This document shows positions 11,941 through 23,905 of a stretch of DNA of 64,000 nucleotides, piece after piece. A program made the translations under genes and the position numbers. Every line of letters starts with the position of its first letter. Positions within the stretch are counted from its first letter, which is position 1. Under the pieces are notes generated by a model, which had not been told where the DNA came from, ran no database searches, and saw only the letters and a program-made list of their open reading frames with translations. Source of the DNA: Octopus bimaculoides (lineage: Eukaryota); assembly GCF_001194135.2 (NCBI RefSeq), contig NC_068992.1, forward strand, positions 60,447,022 through 60,511,021. The letters are read 5' to 3'.

Positions 11941-12062
11941 ATTGTCTGTATGTATACATACTTATGTATGTACATATCTATACATATTTACATATATTTG
12001 AATAGGTATAAATATATATAAACATATGTATATAAATATGTGTCTGTACATGTGCATATATA

Positions 12063-12310
12063 GAAGGTGCGTGGCTTAGTGGTTAGGGGTGTTTCACTCA
12101 TAATCGTAAGATCGTGGTGTCGATTCCTGTACAGGGCGATGTACTGTCTTTGACAGCAAAACACTTTATTTGATGTTGCTGCAGTCCACTAAGCACCTAC
12201 AAATCAATAATCATGCGACGGGCCAGTGTCCCGTCCAGAGAGAAGTTATATACGCCACAGAATCCTATGAAGCAGTCTTACGATCCGACGACTCGGGAAG
12301 AACCCTTCGT
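12063..12310 (+). mobile_element. tRNA-derived CORE-type SINE (family C), near full length
   Basis: A box TGGCTTAGTGG, B box GGTGTCGATTCC, core CAAAACACTTTATTT...GCAGTCCACT, and a simple-repeat tail. Confidence 0.8.
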
Positions 12311-12344
12311 TCATTCATTCATACATACATACACACATACATAA

Positions 12345-12394
12345 AGAAGAAGAAGAAGAAGAAGAAGAAGAAGAAGAAGAAGAAGAAGAAGAAG

Positions 12395-12424
<30 letters not shown>
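12345..12424. repeat. (GAA)n microsatellite
   Basis: Read directly. Explains the poly-K and poly-L ORFs in the track. Confidence 0.95.
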
Positions 12425-12425
<1 letters not shown>

Positions 12426-12884
12426 GAGGGGGAACGGAAAGGGTGAAGAAAAGCAGAAAAAGCAGAAGAAAGGAAAAAGGAAAAGAAAAACAAGGACAAG
12501 AATACGATGAAGAAGAAGAGTATCAACATCATAGAAAAGAACAAGGAAACCACCAAAACAACAAAAGCAGCAGCAACGACATCAACAGCAGCAGCAACAT
12601 TAACAAAACATGATTAGGATCAACATCATCATCAACAACATGAACAACAAGAATAACAACAAAATACGACTAGAAAAGAACGAACTAATGCGGGAGCCTT
12701 GACAGAGTTCTCTCCCCCTACTAATAACCACATCCCGACCATCTTTAGCTTTTAAATGATGGATCTTATCAGTTGATGTTTCATTAGAGGATATCGGCCA
12801 TTATCAGTTTTGACATCTCAAACATTGTACATGGATACAGCCAAATCCATGTACATTAAAGAAGAGTGAATATTTTATGCCACT

Positions 12885-13105
12885 AAGGGGGTGAGCTGGC
12901 AGAATAGTTAGCACGCCGGACAAAGTGCTTAGCAGCATTTGGTCCGGTTTTACGTTTCGAGCTCAAATACTGTCGAGGTTGACTTTGCCTTTCATCCATT
13001 TCGGGGTTGATAAAATAAATACCAGTCGAGCAGTGGTGTCAATGTAGTTGATTTACCCACTTCCTCGAAATTCTTGATTTTGAGCCAAAATTTCGATGCT
13101 GAAAT
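12885..13105 (+). mobile_element. SINE family A
   Basis: GAGCTGGCAGAATAGTTAGCACGCCGG...TCAAATACTGTCGAGGTTGACTTTGCCTTTCATCC...ACCAGT. Confidence 0.9.
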
Positions 13106-13170
13106 TATAGATTTGATTGTGCCAAAGAGTAACAATTATTGTAATTTTTGTATTTAATTAAAGTGGAAAT

Positions 13171-13465
13171 GTGGAGGCGCAATGGCCCAGTCGGACGATC
13201 GCGGTTTCGATTCCCAGACCGGGCGCTGTGAGTGTTTATTGAGCGAAAACACCTAAAGCTCCACGAGGCTCCGGCAGGGTGTGGTGGGAGTGGAGACCCC
13301 TGTTGTACTCTTTCGCCCCAACATTCTCTCACTCTTTCTTCCTGTTTCTTGAGTAATGCTGCGATGGACGGGCGTCCCGTCCAGCTGGGGGGGGGGGGGG
13401 GTGACACATACGCCATAGAAATCGGGTAACCGGGCCCATGAGCCTAGCTAGGCTTTGAAATGGCG
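13171..13465 (+). mobile_element. tRNA-derived SINE (family D)
   Basis: GGAGGCGCAATGGCCCAGT (A box) and GGTTTCGATTCCCAG (B box) followed by a GC-rich body. Its 3' part resembles 12210-12270 (GACGGG...CCCGTCCAG...TACGCCA). Confidence 0.75.
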
Positions 13466-13837
13466 ACGAAAGAAAGTGGAAATAAGTATGAAAATTATCC
13501 TTAAGATATCCTTAAGATATGTAGCTCACTATCTCTTAAGATAGAGAGGTACTGTTTTTTTTTCTTTGCCCGTTTGGCGCACACATTCGCGTAACCCTCT
13601 CCCGCCGTTTAAGGCTTAATATCGAAGGGCAATATAGGAATATGAATTCTTCGTTATCTTTTGAAATAATCACGACTAGAAACCTTTTGGTCATAGGTAA
13701 ACTCCGAGTTGATTTGGAGATAAAGAGCATCAACAGACACAACAATTATAAGATAAGAATAACGAATAATAATAATAATAATGGTTTAAAATGTTGCCAT
13801 GTGTGTGCATGGGTGCCTTGGTGTGTGCTTTTATGAT

Positions 13838-13996
13838 TATTTTATTAAAGCTGCAAACAAACTTCACTAAACTGTTACTCAGAGTTTCACGAAACCATTC
13901 ATCGCACAGTTGTAGTAATGTCTATTGTCTGATGAACGGTCACGTGAAAATCTGAGTGACAGTTTCGTGAGGTTTGTTTACGGCTTTAATAAAATA
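13838..13996. mobile_element. Palindromic (fold-back) element; each arm carries a minimal hammerhead-like motif
   Basis: Arms 13841-13907 and 13926-13992 are reverse complements (56/67 identical). The right arm reads attgt-CTGATGA-acg-gtca-cgt-GAAA-atctgagt-g-acagt and ends in AATAAA. Confidence 0.75.
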
Positions 13997-14437
13997 GTGT
14001 GTGTGTGTGTGCGCGCGTGTTGCTTTCAATAATCGAATAGTTAGTTAAATAGTTTCAGCTACTTACTATCTTATTTTTATGATATATGATTTTATTTATC
14101 GTAGTTTATATACAATAGTAAAATTAATTATAGGTCCCCAGCGGTCTAATCGTTGGTTGATAGCATATCTAAATGGTGTAAAGAAGGCTTGTCAATAAAA
14201 TGGAGTATATTAATTGACTTCGATCTTAAAGCATCAGCTTTTCCATTCTCTCGAGGACATTGGCGCACACACGCACACATGAATATTTGATAACTACTTT
14301 ATGTTATGGACCATTGGAAGTCAAAAAGTAAAGTAGAACCTGGCGAGACATGAATTTGAACTCGTAAAGGACAGGAACTTAATACAACGACGCATTTTCG
14401 TATCACTCCGACGAGGCCACAAATAAGACACATTTAA

Positions 14438-14505
<68 letters not shown>

Positions 14506-15125
14506 NNNNNNNNNNNNNNNNNNNNNNNNNNNNNNNNNNNNNNNNNNNNNNNNNNNNNNNNNNNNNNNNNNNNNNNNNNNNNNNNNNNNNNNNNNNNNNN
14601 NNNNNNNNNNNNNNNNNNNNNNNNNNNNNNNNNNNNNNNNNNNNNNNNNNNNNNNNNNNNNNNNNNNNNNNNNNNNNNNNNNNNNNNNNNNNNNNNNNNN
14701 NNNNNNNNNNNNNNNNNNNNNNNNNNNNNNNNNNNNNNNNNNNNNNNNNNNNNNNNNNNNNNNNNNNNNNNNNNNNNNNNNNNNNNNNNNNNNNNNNNNN
14801 NNNNNNNNNNNNNNNNNNNNNNNNNNNNNNNNNNNNNNNNNNNNNNNNNNNNNNNNNNNNNNNNNNNNNNNNNNNNNNNNNNNNNNNNNNNNNNNNNNNN
14901 NNNNNNNNNNNNNNNNNNNNNNNNNNNNNNNNNNNNNNNNNNNNNNNNNNNNNNNNNNNNNNNNNNNNNNNNNNNNNNNNNNNNNNNNNNNNNNNNNNNN
15001 NNNNNNNNNNNNNNNNNNNNNNNNNNNNNNNNNNNNNNNNNNNNNNNNNNNNNNNNNNNNNNNNNNNNNNNNNNNNNNNNNNNNNNNNNNNNNNNNNNNN
15101 NNNNNNNNNNNNNNNNNNNNNNNNN

Positions 15126-15162
<37 letters not shown>

Positions 15163-15303
15163 ATATATACATATATATATGTAAATATATATATATATGT
15201 ATATGTATATAAATTCATGTGTGTATGTATATATGTATATATACACACGCACATTAAGATAAGAGAATGATGCAGTGATATGTAGAGTACATATATGCAT
15301 ATC

Positions 15304-15335
<32 letters not shown>

Positions 15336-15952
15336 TGTGTGTCTGTGCGTTTGTGTGTGTTTGTGTGTGTGTATAAACACATACATATATAATGCGTCTT
15401 ATCAAAATCAATTCAGCTGCTGACACGTTTTATAGCTTCGAAGCTTCACTATTAGTTTTCTGAATATTTTTCTGACTGGCATTTCCCATTTACTTTACGT
15501 GTAAGTGTCCAGTGCAAGTTATAAAAACAACTCGCTGTTATTACATGGAAGAGCGTTGCAGTCAGATTCCTTAGGGATTGCTTTAAAATCAATATTGATA
15601 ATAGAATAAATCATCTCCAGTTATCCATCTCCTTAGCAACATTACTGCCACATGTGCTCTACACAAACACTATGTAGTTCAGACGCAAGGAATTCATTTA
15701 TGATTCTGAAGTTGATTTAACTTTGAAGGAGAAACTGGAAACGGAGAGCTGAGGACTGTTGATAGCCTGATATTCTTCCATATTACTGCTGAACAAAATG
15801 ATTTGCGTCGATAAATATTTACCGTCACCACGAAAGGCCATATTGCATATAGATTAACACTTTGGAAATTTTCTACCATGTGAAATATTTACCTTATAAA
15901 TCATTGCACTAGGCTAAATAAGTGTCAGGAAAACGTCTCTTTTGTTGGATAG

Positions 15953-16120
15953 GCTTCTGGGTTTAGAAGTAAAACAATGGAAAACTTTGATTATTAATGA
16001 GGTTCATTACTGCGTCCTACGTTTTTGCGACAGATATGTCATAGAATTTAATAGAAGGGGGGAAACTTTTAAGGAACCAATTATAGAGAACGTGTATGAC
16101 TGGATTGATAATGTGCCCAG
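15953..16120 (+). CDS. Candidate symmetric (phase 2-2) coding exon, product unknown
   Basis: Acceptor tctcttttgttggatag|, donor CCAG|gtggta (or GTG|gtaaat at 16123), length 168 or 171 nt. Open frame LLGLEVKQWKTLIINEVHYCVLRFCDRYVIEFNRRGETFKEPIIENVYDWIDNVP. Confidence 0.4.
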
Positions 16121-16881
16121 GTGGTAAATTTTCCTATTTCGATTGAGTTTGTGGGCGAAGTAATAGGTGGCGAGTAAAGTGTGATCCATTCGATATAGGA
16201 TGCAAAGGGTTTGCAGGCTAGTTTGTCTGCTGAGCTTACAACATGCTTAGCATCACAGGAGCTTGTAAGCAGTAAGCCATCTCGCTGGTTGTGGAGGCAA
16301 CAGAGGTTGTCTCAAGGTGGTTGTTGATCAGCAGGTGAAAGCCCTGAAAGGGACATTGCTGCTAGCAATCATGCTAAATGGACACAAGGCGGGGATGGAT
16401 CAAACCCAAATGGGTTAACTAGGTGAGGGTGTCCAAATTTGAAAGACACGAAATGTCTAATGGCTCCAGGAAGCAAAAATGATGGATCCATGTGAATCCC
16501 AAAACGATATATGGAAAAACTCATCCAAAATCAACTTGCTGGCTGCAAACGAATAAAAGCTATCCAGATGAAAATAAACGATTTTGACAATCTGAATCTG
16601 ATAAATATTTGATAAAAGTTTACCATCCGTGAAATAGTATATACTTTAGGTGTTTCGATCCTGATAAATAAAAAGAAAATCATGCTAGTTCAAGAAAAGT
16701 CCATTATGAAAGAAATTCCAACAATGACCATCCGTAGTTTGGCGTATTCGGTGCTACAGTGTTAAATAAGGCCCTTTTCTTTTTATTTTTCAAGATATCC
16801 ATATTAGGTTGACTCGACAGGTATATGTAAAAGGTCGGTTGGTCTCATTCTGTTAACACTGTAATTACCGTTTCGAAACCA

Positions 16882-17110
16882 TAAGGTGGTGAGGTGTTAC
16901 AAAGATTATCAAACCGGCGGGACAAAATGATTAGTTGTATTTCTTCCGGATTCACTTTCTGAGTTAAAATTCCACCAACATCGACTTTGCCTTTTTATCC
17001 TTTCGGGGTTGATAAATTAAGTACCAGTGAAACCCTGGGATCATTGTATCGACTTGTACCCTCCCCACGAATTTGAGGCCTTGTACCTTTAGAAGAGAAG
17101 ATTATTATTA
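16882..17110 (+). mobile_element. SINE family A with (ATT)n tail
   Basis: TTCTGAGTTAAAATTCCACC...CGACTTTGCCTTTTTATCCTTTCGGGGTTGATAAATTAAGTACCAGT...AGAAGATTATTATTA. Confidence 0.85.
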
Positions 17111-17125
17111 TGATAACGAAACATT

Positions 17126-17560
17126 TTGATGCCGGACACAAAGTCCATTTCAAACAATGCAAGTAAACAGATTTGGCAGAATAGTGTAATGACTAAAAGA
17201 ATTGGAAATATAATGTATTTAATAAAAGGCCAACGATGGAAGCATAATCGACACCTAAATCAATCAAAAACCAGACATACAGAAGAAAGGAAGGAAATCC
17301 TAATGGAAGTGTTTGACGACATGTTCGATGTACCAGCACCGAAAGAGATTGAACCTAGAAGGAGCAGTAAGAGGAAACGTAAACAAACTGACCATTTAGA
17401 AATAATTCCAAAGCAAAAATGGTACTGAATTCCCTAGGGAAGCAAAATTTCAAAAAGGGAGAAGTGTTGGAAAGAAAGAAAAAATAAAATAATAAAATAA
17501 ATTCGTTTCTAAAGAAAGTTGAAATCTTAAAAGGGAAGATGTTGTGGCGAGTGAACGCCT
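17126..17560 (+). mobile_element. Ty3/Gypsy LTR-retrotransposon remnant: integrase C-terminus, polypurine tract and probable start of the 3' LTR
   Basis: ORF 17126-17428 W..SVMTKRIGNIMYLIKGQRWKHNRHLNQ...RRSSKRKRK resembles the post-integrase domain of Gypsy pol. The purine tract AAAAGGGAAGA is directly followed by TGTTG at 17540. Confidence 0.7.
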
Positions 17561-17793
17561 TGCAGGAATAGACTTGACCGAACGGCTAGAAATAGAAGCC
17601 GTCTGAGTGAGAGACGCAGAGTAGGCGTTAATCGCTTTTGTTTAAATCCTTGTGGTTCGGTTGAGTATTCGTGTTTATCTGATTGTTGAAGGCTTAGTGC
17701 CAATTGTTGAATTTTGTTGAAGACTGTTGCCGTTTTGTCTGTGTATTTGTTTGCTTTCTTTCCTCCATTTAGGGGCGAAGAGACTTGGAAAAG

Positions 17794-18165
17794 ATGAATA
17801 GCGAACCGGAACGAACCCATGCCTGGAGCTATGCTTCGGCGACGAATGCGCTGGAGATACGAGAAGTGAAAATTGAAAGAGAGAAGCTGGAGAGTTGCAA
17901 GGAACTAATCCAGAAGGAGGGGTCAAGTTTAAAGTCGACCCCTCCAGAGGAAGTAATCAGCAGAACGAGGAGGACGCTGTACATAACCAATAAAATAGAG
18001 ATGGCATCAGAGGAAGCCATTGAGAAATGCATGGAAGAAGTGAAGAGTGCTGCGACATTCTACAATAGAGGGAGAAGATATAGCACAGTGGAGGTGAGGC
18101 TTGCCACCGAAGAAAAAGCAATAAATCACTCCACTGTGCCGCTGAGATCACAAGAATGGTTGCAG
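17794..18165 (+). mobile_element. Non-LTR retrotransposon ORF1 (RRM-type) N-terminal fragment, 3'-truncated
   Basis: MNSEPERTHAWSYASA...RTLYITNK...RGRRYSTVEVRLATEEKA...PLRSQEW has the SYA motif and an RRM-like pattern typical of LINE ORF1p. Composition shifts abruptly to AT-rich DNA after about 18165. Confidence 0.6.
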
Positions 18166-18489
18166 AATGCATTCCTAGAATACAGAATGATACTCTTTAC
18201 TGAACACATTGAGAGATACGCAAAACAACTTACTACACAATGTGTAATCTTTCCTTTCTATCAATGTCATTTTGGAACACCAACACAAGTTACATTAAAT
18301 AAGGAAACCTATTTCACTGAAAAATATAAGGCAAAACTTAACCATTTCTAGCATTTTTGAATAAGGAAACTTACCTCATTGAATAATATAAACCAAATCT
18401 GAACCATTTCTATCATTTTACTCTAGCAGAACCAAATCATGTTAAATTAACAAAACTTAATCATTCCCAACATTTTTTATTATCTCCCT

Positions 18490-18626
18490 GTGCTCAACTG
18501 GTACTTATTCTATCGATCCCGAAAGGCTGAATAGACTAAGTCAACCGTAGCAGATTTGAACTGGGAACGTAAATAGACGGATAAATAGACACTTAGCATT
18601 TCATCCGGTGTGCTTACGATTCAGCT
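18490..18626 (-). mobile_element. SINE family A
   Basis: ACTGGTACTTATTCTATCGATCCCGAAAGG...AGTCAACC...GATTTGAACT is the reverse complement of family A. Confidence 0.75.
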
Positions 18627-19524
18627 TAAAAACAACAACAGGGTTATTGATTCCAATGGATGGTGGTAAAAGGTTTATTAGATAGTATTGATAAAACAAA
18701 AACGTTGTATGGAAAAAAAATAAATTAAGAAGATTTCGAATCCAAAGTATTATGTTATAGATTCAATATAACCAATGAAATCTAAGTATTAACTGATCGA
18801 TCTAAATTTCGTGATTCTGAATCGTTAATAAGATTATTTAATTTTTCTATTATATTAGCTAAACGTATTTCCATGACAACCAATCGTCTTCATACTTGCC
18901 CATTTTTCGAAAATTTTACAGGTGACAAAATTAGACAATGTTTTCGTAATGTACAATGTTTTCGAAAGATTATTTACAAAGATAGGAGTGTTGATAACGT
19001 GAAGAATGGACGATATTTTATTATGTGTAATGTTTAATATCTCTCTGATAACAGAAATTGAACGAAGAGAACAGAATAAAACAACAACAAAATCATGATA
19101 TTATTATTATTATTATTATTATTAATATTATGGTTGAAAACGTAAAATCAAATCAAAATTCCGGTACATATACGGCAAAAATATGATAAACAAACTATAC
19201 TTTCTTCATAATATAAACAGATAGTAGATGGTGCTTCCACTAATTGTTCTTATCGCTTCCCAAATAGTGTTAACTTATCACTGATTTTCTTGTTTCGTAA
19301 CACACACACACGCACGCACTAACACAATGACACACACGCACGCACTAACACAATGACACACACACATCTATATACATATATATATGCATATATATATANN
19401 NNNNNNNNNNNNNNNNNNNNNNNNNNNNNNNNNNNNNNNNNNNNNNNNNNNNNNNNNNNNNNTATATACACACATATACACCGACACACATATACATATA
19501 TATACATGTATGTACATATATATA

Positions 19525-19916
19525 TAGGCGCAGGAGTGGATCTGTTTTAAGTAGCTTGCTTACCAACCACATGGTTCCGGGTTCAGTCCCACTACGTTGC
19601 ACTTTAGGCAAGTCTCTTCTTCTATAGCCTCGCGCCGACCAAAGCCTTGTGAGTGGATTTGGTAAATGAAAATGAAACAACGCCTGTCGGATATTTACAT
19701 ATATATACATGTATATGTTTGTGTGCCTGTGTTTGTCTCCCCACCACGCCATTGCTTGACATCCTATGTTGGTGTGTTTACGTCCCTGTCGGCTAAAAGA
19801 GACCGATAGAATAAGTAGTTACAAAGAATAAGTCCTGGGATCGATTTGTTCGACTAAAGGTGGTGCTCCGACATGGCCGCCGTCAAATGAATGAAACAAG
19901 TAAAAAATAAAAGAAT
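19525..19916 (+). mobile_element. tRNA-derived CORE-type SINE with internal microsatellite (family B), full length
   Basis: TAGGCGCAGGAGTGG...GGTTCAGTCCC (B box)...TTTAGGCAAGTCTCTTCT (CORE)...GAAACAAGTAAAAAATAAAAG tail. Confidence 0.9.
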
Positions 19917-21202
19917 TTTTATGTATATANNNNNNNNNNNNNNNNNNNNNNNNNNNNNNNNNNNNNNNNNNNNNNNNNNNNNNNNNNNNNNNNNNNNNNN
20001 NNNNNNNNNNNNNNTATATATATATATATATATATATATATTTGACAGGAAGGACAACAAAAGAAAGAAAGAGACCTCGATATTATGCAAATAGAGTAAT
20101 TTATCTGTAAAAAATATCTGACACTTATTCAGTAGCCATGATAAAACTCCGAGTTTCGGATGCCGGGGTGGGGGCCCACGCCAACATCTCTTCAGTTATC
20201 CGGCCAATTGAAAATTCCTGTGAAAAATGACCGTTAAAAACAAAGGGAAATTACTGTGTAGTGACAAGGTCAAAACGCGTCTAAAACTGCGTATATTATC
20301 GCATGCACGCATATAGCCACATACGCACGCACATATCTGTATATACGCACGTATATATCTACATACGTACGCATCCACGCGCACACTCACAAGCGCGCAC
20401 ATATGAAGTTCCTTGTACGTGTCTATAAGTGTATGTGTGTATGTGTGCGTGTATGTGTTTGTGTATAGTGGTGTAGATTTTATATTTCCATGAAAGGTGA
20501 TACCTATTGGATTGTTACCCTGAGATATTTTGCCAATTATTCAAGCAGGTTAAGAAGCGAAGCAACGAAGAAATGGAATTATATATAGAGAAAGAGATGC
20601 AAATGTACATAAGTGTATACACATACAACTCCTCCACACACACATATATACTCAGAAATATTATTAATTTATTCTCTAGATGAATAAGTTTGAAGTTTAT
20701 TGAACGATATTAACAAATCTATATCGATTGGTCAGTTATAGAACACACCGTCTCATCTATTTATGGCCCCAGAAACTGTGATCTTTGTCTCTTAGAGAAA
20801 TATAACACCCTAGTGCAATTTCTCTGTAATATTTAATAATTGTTCGCAGTTGGTGAATTCATGCAGTACTTACATTCAAATTTATTGGAAGCTTTCTTAT
20901 TATTAAATGGCTTAAATATTATAATTCCCAGAATAGATTTGGTCATATGCTGAAAATGGTCACATATTGAAAAAATTTCAGTTATTCATTAACGCTAAAT
21001 CTATGTGGACAGATGCCAACATTCTTGCTTTTGTGTATTGTACATATATGATACTGAAGATATGTAAATATCTCACATTCTTTAGCTTACAAATAGATGA
21101 ATAAATCACATGTCTTGCGCATAAAAACCGAATAGATGATGCAGAGTATTTTCTAATTTTTCCCTCAAGTAATGTATCTCAATGAATTATCCTATTTCGC
21201 AG

Positions 21203-21260
21203 AATTTGCGGACGTATTAAATTACATACTGTCAACGTTCCGTCTCCAGGCGTGTGAAAG
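21203..21260 (+). CDS. Candidate short exon (FADVLNYILSTFRLQACE)
   Basis: Acceptor tatcctatttcgcag|, donor GAAAG|gtattt, open frame, phase 1 to 2. Confidence 0.3.
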
Positions 21261-21317
21261 GTATTTACTTGTGTGCATGTGTGTGCGCGTTTATGTGTGT
21301 GTATGTGTGCACGTGCG

Positions 21318-21360
<43 letters not shown>

Positions 21361-21863
21361 TGCGTGGGCGCGAGCACGTTTGCCCATGCATGCTTGTGTA
21401 TTAGTACGGTTATACAGATATATATATATANNNNNNNNNNNNNNNNNNNNNNNNNNNNNNNNNNNNNNNNNNNNNNNNNNNNNNNNNNNNNNNNNNNNNN
21501 NNNNNNNNNNNNNNNNNNNNNNNNNNNNNNNNNNNNNNNNNNNNNNNNNNNNNNNNNNNNNNNNNNNNNNNNNNNNNNNNNNNNNNNNNNNNNNNNNNNN
21601 NNNNNNNNNNNNNNNNNNNNNNNNNNNNNNNNNNNNNNNNNNNNNTATATATATATATATTCATATGCATATCCTTTAATTTATGTTTGACCGTCTTTGT
21701 GTATGATTGTTCACCCCATCCGCTGACACATATGTAGCTCCTTATTCATCACTATCTGTTGAGAGTGGTGCTGGAGTTTGTTGTGGAAATATTATTATAT
21801 GTAGCATTGTTCCTGTTCAAATTGCTGAGCTTGTTGAAACAAGATCTGTAGTATTTCAAATGT

Positions 21864-21934
21864 TCAATTAAGCCGCTCCCTTGTGGAACACCTGAGCACA
21901 GCTTCTTTGTCTTTGATGATGTTTAGAAAATCAA
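21864..21934 (-). CDS. Candidate terminal exon (DFLNIIKDKEAVLRCSTRERLN*)
   Basis: Strong minus-strand acceptor ttgtttttttcttattgtag|. Phase 1, compatible with 22292-22387. Confidence 0.3.
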
Positions 21935-22291
21935 CTACAATAAGAAAAAAACAAGCCTCAAAGAAAATTCTATATATGTTCATTACGCTTCAATAATCGT
22001 TTGTTTAAAATCATGTGGTTGTGTAACATGACTTAAATAATGAATCTCTTAATTGGTAGACGGACATATAACTTACCCAAGGGAAATATCCAATTATATC
22101 AATACTAACACTTGACTGGTACATACGTTATCTGTTTCGGACATATGAAACACAAAGTAGATCCCAGAAGATTTGAAAGTTGGAATCTCGAAGGAAGGCA
22201 ACGCATTAGTACAAGGCATTTTGTCCCCGACACTATTGACTATGCTAATCCGCAATTCTAACATGACTGTTATAGTTACCAACATGCATAC

Positions 22292-22387
22292 TGTGCGAGC
22301 CTGCTGCCGTCACATTGCTGGTTCCTCTTTTCTTTCTTCTTTCATTTACATAGCAAGAAAGAGATTCAACAAAGTTGTTCTTATCAC
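22292..22387 (-). CDS. Candidate 96-nt phase 1-1 exon (DKNNFVESLSCYVNERRKKRGTSNVTAAGSH)
   Basis: Acceptor gttttattttctgttag|, donor CACA|gtatgc, open frame. Confidence 0.3.
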
Positions 22388-22804
22388 CTAACAGAAAATA
22401 AAACTAAATTGCAAGGCGCAGAGGAGCCTCTCTGAGTTGATGCTTGAGGATCCCGAAATAGCAGCTAAATATCGTCCAGATTTTACTTTAGTTTAAACCA
22501 TCTGGTCCAGGCTGTTTAATTCCGAACTGAGAAAAAGGTGTTGATCATGACTGAAATACACTTGATTTACTAGGTGATGAGGGTTTATTTAGGGCTGAGA
22601 GGCCATGCAAGAGAAAATTAGGGTCTACTTGGAGGTAAATAACTTCGTCAAATTGGGGCTCATTTGCAACTCAGCAACTGCACCTGATTAGGGATTATTT
22701 GTGGCTAACCACCATCAGGAATATAGGATCTATTTATGGTTCAACAACATCAAGTATACGAACATCAGATGCAAAGATTTATATATGTATGTAAGTATGT
22801 AGGA

Positions 22805-22889
<85 letters not shown>

Positions 22890-23070
22890 CAATGTTAAAT
22901 CTCTGAACGAGGTATTAACAGTAACTGCACGATAAAGTGAAGTATATTTGCCACTTAAATGTGGCTGACCCCGAGGGGTGGATGTTACTGTTGCATTTAG
23001 CCCCAGGAGGACATCTCCTCCAGCTGGCTATCGACACACTTCTGTGTCCTGTCTGTATTTGCCAAGGGAA

Positions 23071-23112
<42 letters not shown>

Positions 23113-23445
23113 AAGCTCTGTCGTGTTAAAAATGATGTACTATATGGAACAATTGAGCAGCAATTAGACATACATTCTATATATTTGATATAGATTTATA
23201 AAGTAATAATAATTTTATGTTTATTGAAAACATTGTGAAGGATCCATAGGGAATTAGATATGAAGGTAAATAAATGTAAGGTTAGGGTAATACATTAATT
23301 ATTTCATTATTTTATTTAACTTTGAACAATAAAACCTCTTTCGTCAATTGTTGAACATTTCTCCATTAATTATTTCAATGAATCTCCAGTGATTTAATGA
23401 AATATAAGTAAATATGAAAATTTGAACATATTAAATGTTAATCAG

Positions 23446-23905
23446 GTTCATGAGATGCGTAGCTGAGTGGTAAAAAGCTTGCTTCCCAACCACATGGTTC
23501 CAGGTTCAGTCCCACAAAGTGGCAGCTTAGGCAGGTATTTTCTACTATAGACTCAGGCCTACCAAAATCCTGTGAGTGGATTTGGTGGACGGAAACTGAA
23601 AGAGACACACGTGTGTGGGTGTGGGTGTGTATGTGTGGGTGTGGGTGTGTATGTGTGGGTGTGGGTGTGTGCGTGTGTGTGTGTGTGTGTGCGTTTGTGT
23701 TTGTAGTTGTTCCCATCATCGCTTGACAACTGATGTTGATGTATTAACGTCTCTGTGACTTATCGGTTCGGCAAAAGAGATAGATAGAATAATTACCACG
23801 TTTTAAAAGAACAGTAGTGGAGTTAATTCATTCGACTAAAATTCTTCAAGGCAGTACCCCAAGATGGCAACATTCAAATGACTGAAACAAGTAAAAACAT
23901 AAAGA
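23446..23905 (+). mobile_element. SINE family B, full length
   Basis: Head GTAGCTGAGTGGTAAAAAGCTTGCTTCCCAACCACATGGTTCCAGGTTCAGTCCC, internal (GT)n, tail GACTGAAACAAGTAAAA. Confidence 0.9.

Noticed and set aside
21870-21895. GVPQGS reverse-transcriptase motif on the minus strand
   Set aside because: The following residues (GLIEHLKYY) do not match the RT continuation (xLxPxLF...DD).
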